Assembly (NCBI GenBank): GCA_009774345.1
Contig: VSNR01000002.1
Span: 4,605 to 68,604 of the forward strand
Reading direction: 5' to 3'
DNA length: 64,000 bases
Source: Lachnospiraceae bacterium
GTDB lineage: Bacteria; Bacillota; Clostridia; Lachnospirales; Lachnospiraceae
The notes below the pieces were generated by a model. The model saw only the letters and a list, made by a program, of their open reading frames with translations, was not told the DNA's origin and made no database searches. This document shows positions 59,785 through 64,000 of the stretch, piece by piece; within the stretch, counting starts at the first letter, position 1, and each line of letters starts with the position of its first letter. A program made the position numbers and the translations under genes.

Positions 59785-60195
59785 TCATCTGTCCAAGAAG
59801 CGCATCTTGTTTCCCGACGGCTGCGTTTTCTTAGGCTCTGCATGGACTGCCTTTGGCTTCTCCATAACACTAGACAGATTGTTCGTCATCTCACGTTTGC
59901 ATTTCTCACAGTACTTTCCTGAGCGAATCATCTCCCCGCAGTTCTCACAGGGAATCTTCACTGGCGAATCCGCTGTAAACTCCAGACGCTCCTCTCTGAT
60001 CCACTGCTGGATCTGACCTGGATCAATCTCACATGCCTCCGATACATCTTTGATCCCCGCAGTACGGTTCTCGCGAATGTATTTCTTTACTTCCTGAAAC
60101 TTCTGTTCAAGCTTTTCCCTGCAGGCGGGGCAGATTGGAGCACCCATGATGTGATTAAATAGTTTTCCGCATTTTCTGCAATTCCTTACGTTCAT
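59785..60195 (-). CDS. yvyF: Flagellar operon protein YvyF-like (Zn ribbons)
   Basis: MNVRNCRKCGKLF, CPAC, WIREERL, CENCG..C..C; follows comF; GGAGG RBS. Confidence 0.85.
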   Translation of the reverse strand: MNVRNCRKCGKLFNHIMGAPICPACREKLEQKFQEVKKYIRENRTAGIKDVSEACEIDPGQIQQWIREERLEFTADSPVKIPCENCGEMIRSGKYCEKCKREMTNNLSSVMEKPKAVHAEPKKTQPSGNKMRFLDR

Positions 60196-60223
60196 AGAAA
60201 TCCCTCCACTTAAATTTATATTC

Positions 60224-60955
60224 CTACATTCCCTCTCCGATGCAGAGTGCAATGAAATAAACCGACTTCACTCCATGCCGCTTTAGCTCCAAGGCAACAG
60301 CATCCAAAGTACTACCCGTCGTATAAATATCGTCTATAAGGATAGTTTTATTTAATTTTACAACATTTGTGCTAATATTGAAAGCCTTTTTCAAATTATT
60401 TTGTCTTTCCTGTATTGTAAGTTCTTTTTGAGGAACTGTTTTCCGGCTTCTCTGAACCAGTTTATCATACATCGGAATCCCTGTAAGCCTTGACAACTCT
60501 GCCGCGACAAGCTCCGCCTGATTATATCCCCGGCATCTGAGCCTGGATGGATGTATCGGCACCGGAATAATCGCATCTGCATCCATCAACAGGATCTCAT
60601 GCGAAAGCCATCTACAGATCTCCTGCGCATAAAAAGCCGCATACTCGCAGCGTCCGCCATACTTGAACCGGTAAACACTCTTTCTCATACTCTGGTAATC
60701 ATAGAGTGCATAACCATAGTCATAGACATGCCTGCGCCGCTGACAATCTGCACAAAACTCCTGTCCATCACCCATAAGCTGTTTTCCGCAGCGTCTGCAT
60801 CGCGGTTCCACAATATATTGCGGTTTTGCCGCACACTGTCTACAGATCAACCCTTCTCCAACTGGAATAAGATCATCGCACACGGGGCACCTTCTTGGAA
60901 AAACCATATTGCACAATACATCCCTCAGTCGGGTTCCTGATTCATGATCTCGCAT
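60224..60955 (-). CDS. comFC: ComF family protein (double Zn ribbon + PRTase-like domain)
   Basis: FPRRCPVC, RGYNQA, LIDDIYTTGST. Confidence 0.9.
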   Translation of the reverse strand: MRDHESGTRLRDVLCNMVFPRRCPVCDDLIPVGEGLICRQCAAKPQYIVEPRCRRCGKQLMGDGQEFCADCQRRRHVYDYGYALYDYQSMRKSVYRFKYGGRCEYAAFYAQEICRWLSHEILLMDADAIIPVPIHPSRLRCRGYNQAELVAAELSRLTGIPMYDKLVQRSRKTVPQKELTIQERQNNLKKAFNISTNVVKLNKTILIDDIYTTGSTLDAVALELKRHGVKSVYFIALCIGEGM

Positions 60956-63180
60956 ATTCTTTCCCTTAAACCTGTATATCGTTTCTGCTCACTCTCATTT
61001 GCTATCATCTGATTCACTGTCTCTTTGCTGCCAAGTATTGTCACACAGTTTTTTGCCCTCGTGACTCCAGTGTAAAGCAAGTTCCGGTTCAGAAGCATTC
61101 TCGGGCCAGTCAGCAGCGGCATCAGCACTGCCGGGTACTCACTGCCCTGTGACTTGTGTATCGTGAGCGCATAAGCCAGTTCAATCTCATCCAATCCATT
61201 GATCGCATAGGTGACTCTTCTTAGATCATCGTACTCCACCACCACCGTCTTTGCCGTTTCGTTAATCTCTTTTATGATGCCCACATCTCCATTAAATACA
61301 CCCTGCCCGCTGTCCACTGCGATACCATACTTGCTGACAATCTCCCACTCCAACTGATAATTATTCTTAATCTGCATCACTTTATCGCCAAGTCGGAATA
61401 CACCATCACCATGTGCCAGTTCAAGTTTCTCCGGCGACGGCGGATTGAGATACTGCTGCAAGATCCCGTTGAGCGTCTCCACACCGAGCGCACCCTTGCG
61501 CATCGGCGTAAGCACCTGAATATCAAACATTCCAGCATTGACATATTTGGGCAGTTTTTCTGTTATCAACAAAATCATATGCTTGTAGATTACATTGACA
61601 TTATCCCGCTCCAAAAAGAAAAAATCCTTACTTTTATTATCCAGCTTGATAGGCTTTCCCTCATTAATAAAATGTGCATTCACTACAATGTCGCTCTCAC
61701 CAGCCTGCCGGAAAATTTTTGACAACACCACAGTAGCAATACACTGACTCTCCATCAAGTCCTTCAAAACCTGTCCCGGACCAACAGACGGGAGCTGGTT
61801 CCTGTCACCAACCATCACCAGCCTCGTACCGGGCGCGATCGCCTTTAGCAGTGACTGGAATAAATGAATGTCCACCATCGACATCTCATCAATAATGATG
61901 ACATCTGCTTCTAGTGGATTCAGTTCATTCTTCTCAAAATGTACTGCCGCCTGCCTGTCATCTGACATACTGCCATTGAGCTCCAATAAGCGATGAATTG
62001 TTTTTGCCTCAAATCCAGTTGCCTCGGTCATGCGCTTCGCTGCCCTGCCTGTTGGCGCCGCCAGAAATATATCCATTCCCTCCTGTTCAAAATAACGAAT
62101 AATCATATTGATGGTTGTCGTTTTGCCTGTGCCCGGTCCTCCTGACAGGATAAAAATCCCATTCTGTACTGCCTCAATCACTGCCCTGCGCTGCAACCCA
62201 TCTAACTGCATTTGACTGGCCTCTTCCATCTGACGAATCTTGTTCTCAAGGCGATCCAACTCCGTCCTGGTAAACCGCTGAGCTCCATCAAACGCCTGCT
62301 GAAGCTCATACAGCATTCTGGCACAATTAAGCTCCGCATAATAATAACTCATTCCATAGATGCACCTTATATCTGTTTCCTTCTCCTTGATCACTAGCTT
62401 TTTTTCTATCGCAAGATTTGCGATCTGCGGTGCGATCTGTTCTGGCAGCAGTCCAAGCATAGCACAAGCCCGTTCCAAGAGAAGCTCCTCCGGGAGATAG
62501 ACATGTCCCTCCGCCCCCGCCTGCAACAAAGTATAGAGTATTCCGCTTCGAATCCTGTAGTCTGAATCTGTATGTATCCCAATGCGCGATGCAATTTCGT
62601 CGGCAATACGAAAACCGATTCCAGTGATATCCTCTGCCATCTTATATGGATTCTCCTGCATAATTTTATATAATTTCATCCCATACTGTTTATAGATTTT
62701 AAGTGCGAGCGTATTTGAGATTCCATACTTCTGCAAGAAAATCATGGCATCCCTCGCATCTTTTTTCTCCTCTACCTGCTCTGCGATCTCTCTCGCTTTC
62801 CGATTGCTGATTCCCTTGACCTCTGCCAGCCGATGTGGTTCCTCCTCGATAATCCGAAAGGTATCCTCCCCAAAATGACGCACAATGCGGGCTGCGAGTG
62901 CTGCACCGACCCCCTTGACTGCACCGGATCCAAGATAACGTTCCATAGCAACTTTATCCTCTGGCGCAATCACACTAAAATGTTCCACTCGAAACTGCTT
63001 TCCATATACGGTATGATCTACATATACGCCTTGTGCCTCTATACTCTCGCCCTCATCCAAATCTGTAAAAATCCCTGTACATGTAATCTCCAGCTCCTCC
63101 ACCTTGAGATTGATTACGCCATATCCATCCTCAGGATTTTTATATATAATATGCTCGACAAAGCCCTTCAGTTTCTCCAA
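60925..63180 (-). CDS. recD2: ATP-dependent RecD-like helicase
   Basis: YLGSGAVKGVG, GGPGTGKT, APTGRAAKR, DEMSM, TIHKSQGSEY; TTG start with GGAGGAG RBS. Confidence 0.95.
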   Translation of the reverse strand: MEKLKGFVEHIIYKNPEDGYGVINLKVEELEITCTGIFTDLDEGESIEAQGVYVDHTVYGKQFRVEHFSVIAPEDKVAMERYLGSGAVKGVGAALAARIVRHFGEDTFRIIEEEPHRLAEVKGISNRKAREIAEQVEEKKDARDAMIFLQKYGISNTLALKIYKQYGMKLYKIMQENPYKMAEDITGIGFRIADEIASRIGIHTDSDYRIRSGILYTLLQAGAEGHVYLPEELLLERACAMLGLLPEQIAPQIANLAIEKKLVIKEKETDIRCIYGMSYYYAELNCARMLYELQQAFDGAQRFTRTELDRLENKIRQMEEASQMQLDGLQRRAVIEAVQNGIFILSGGPGTGKTTTINMIIRYFEQEGMDIFLAAPTGRAAKRMTEATGFEAKTIHRLLELNGSMSDDRQAAVHFEKNELNPLEADVIIIDEMSMVDIHLFQSLLKAIAPGTRLVMVGDRNQLPSVGPGQVLKDLMESQCIATVVLSKIFRQAGESDIVVNAHFINEGKPIKLDNKSKDFFFLERDNVNVIYKHMILLITEKLPKYVNAGMFDIQVLTPMRKGALGVETLNGILQQYLNPPSPEKLELAHGDGVFRLGDKVMQIKNNYQLEWEIVSKYGIAVDSGQGVFNGDVGIIKEINETAKTVVVEYDDLRRVTYAINGLDEIELAYALTIHKSQGSEYPAVLMPLLTGPRMLLNRNLLYTGVTRAKNCVTILGSKETVNQMIANESEQKRYTGLRERICEIMNQEPD

Positions 63181-63196
63181 GATGCCCGCTCCTCCA

Positions 63197-63236
63197 TAAA
63201 GCAAAAGCCGACCTGTTCATACAAACAAGGTCGGCT
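63197..63236 (-). terminator. Intrinsic terminator downstream of flgJ
   Basis: Minus strand: AGCCGACCTTGTT-loop-AACAGGTCGGCT followed by TTTGCTTTA. Confidence 0.75.
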
Positions 63237-63312
63237 GATTTTCATACTTATACCCCTTGCGCGCTTTGGCACGCACACCAATCAATGGTTTGAAAGTGCT
63301 TTCCATTCAAAC

Positions 63313-63705
63313 TTATTCCTCTAAAAGCTCCTCCGGCTGCACTACGCCAATGCCGTAATTGCGTTTCATCTGCTCATACAGGGTATTTGCCAGTCCCAGC
63401 CCATCACCATCTGTCACTTGGCCGCACAGTTCCTGCACCGCAAAATCTTTAAAATAATCTACCATTTTTGAGGCATATCCATCTTCCTGATCGTCTGAAA
63501 AAACCTTCGCCGTCTTCATCATAGACTGAAAGACCTGCTCCACAAAATACGACTCAAATTCCTTGCATGCCTCTTTTAGTTCTTTTTCCTCCGCCGATGC
63601 ACTGCTGCTTGAAAGTTTATTCTGCAATGTATCCGCCTTGTTTTTTGAAGCCTGACTTGTCATCATATAATCTGCATATGTAGATCCTACTCCACCGATA
63701 TCCAT
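63313..63705 (-). CDS. flgJ: FlgJ-like rod-binding protein
   Basis: LKEACKEFESYF, GLGLANTLYEQM; follows flgG. Confidence 0.85.
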   Translation of the reverse strand: MDIGGVGSTYADYMMTSQASKNKADTLQNKLSSSSASAEEKELKEACKEFESYFVEQVFQSMMKTAKVFSDDQEDGYASKMVDYFKDFAVQELCGQVTDGDGLGLANTLYEQMKRNYGIGVVQPEELLEE

Positions 63706-63722
63706 CTTCTGTTACCCCCTGC

Positions 63723-64000
63723 TTATCTCTTCAGTTGGTTTGCCTGCTGAAGCATCTCATCTGAGGTAGTGATCACCTTGGAATTTACTTCATAAGCTCT
63801 CTGTGCCACGATCAGATTTACCATCTCATCCGCAATCTGTACATTGGAGCCTTCCAGGTATCCCTGAATCATCTTTGTCTTTGTCAGATTTTCATTTTCA
63901 GCTTCATTCATCGCCTCTCCGCTCGCTGCGGTCTCAGAGTACAAGCTGTCGCCCTCTCTGTACAAACCTGCGGGATTGTTGAACTGCCACAGTCCAATGC
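63723..64000 (-). CDS. flgG: Flagellar basal-body rod protein FlgG (3' part only; starts beyond the window)
   Basis: FNNPAGL, QGYLEGSNV, EMVNLIVAQRAYEVNSKVITTSDEMLQQANQLKR. Confidence 0.9.
   Translation of the reverse strand, partial: IGLWQFNNPAGLYREGDSLYSETAASGEAMNEAENENLTKTKMIQGYLEGSNVQIADEMVNLIVAQRAYEVNSKVITTSDEMLQQANQLKR

Overview
Chromosomal window from a Clostridia bacterium; gene content and order (flgG-flgJ-recD2-comF-yvyF, cdaA-cdaR-glmM) are consistent with Lachnospiraceae. Every credible gene is on the minus strand, and the plus-strand ORFs are antisense shadows. From 64000 to about 54400 lie housekeeping genes: flgG, flgJ, recD2, comF, yvyF, two membrane proteins, cdaA, cdaR, glmM and HPr. 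From about 54350 to beyond position 1 is a >54 kb surface-glycan locus. It encodes rmlD, gmd-fcl, two priming phosphoglycosyltransferases, a Wzz/Wzc-like co-polymerase, an EpsG-type Wzy, a PglK-like ABC flippase, many GT2/GT4 enzymes and an MBOAT+SGNH O-acylation pair. It also holds a full pseudaminic acid pathway (pseBCFI-H-G) with an inserted formyltransferase and PIG-L deacetylase, a sialyltransferase-like candidate Pse transferase, and a WecE/GNAT/ArnC-like/GT-C decoration cassette. Further components are a large WaaL-like ligase, PglF/PglE/PglC-like enzymes followed by an unusual PLP-lyase + ATP-grasp pair, TviB/TviC-like enzymes, a deacetylase and a FemAB-like protein. Embedded oddities are a stand-alone Spo0A DNA-binding-domain protein and an AT-rich AAA-ATPase + TOPRIM/RloB-like (AbiL-like) pair whose second gene carries an in-frame amber stop. 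Several sigma-A-type internal promoters divide the locus into modules. All calls come from motifs read by eye; no searches were run.
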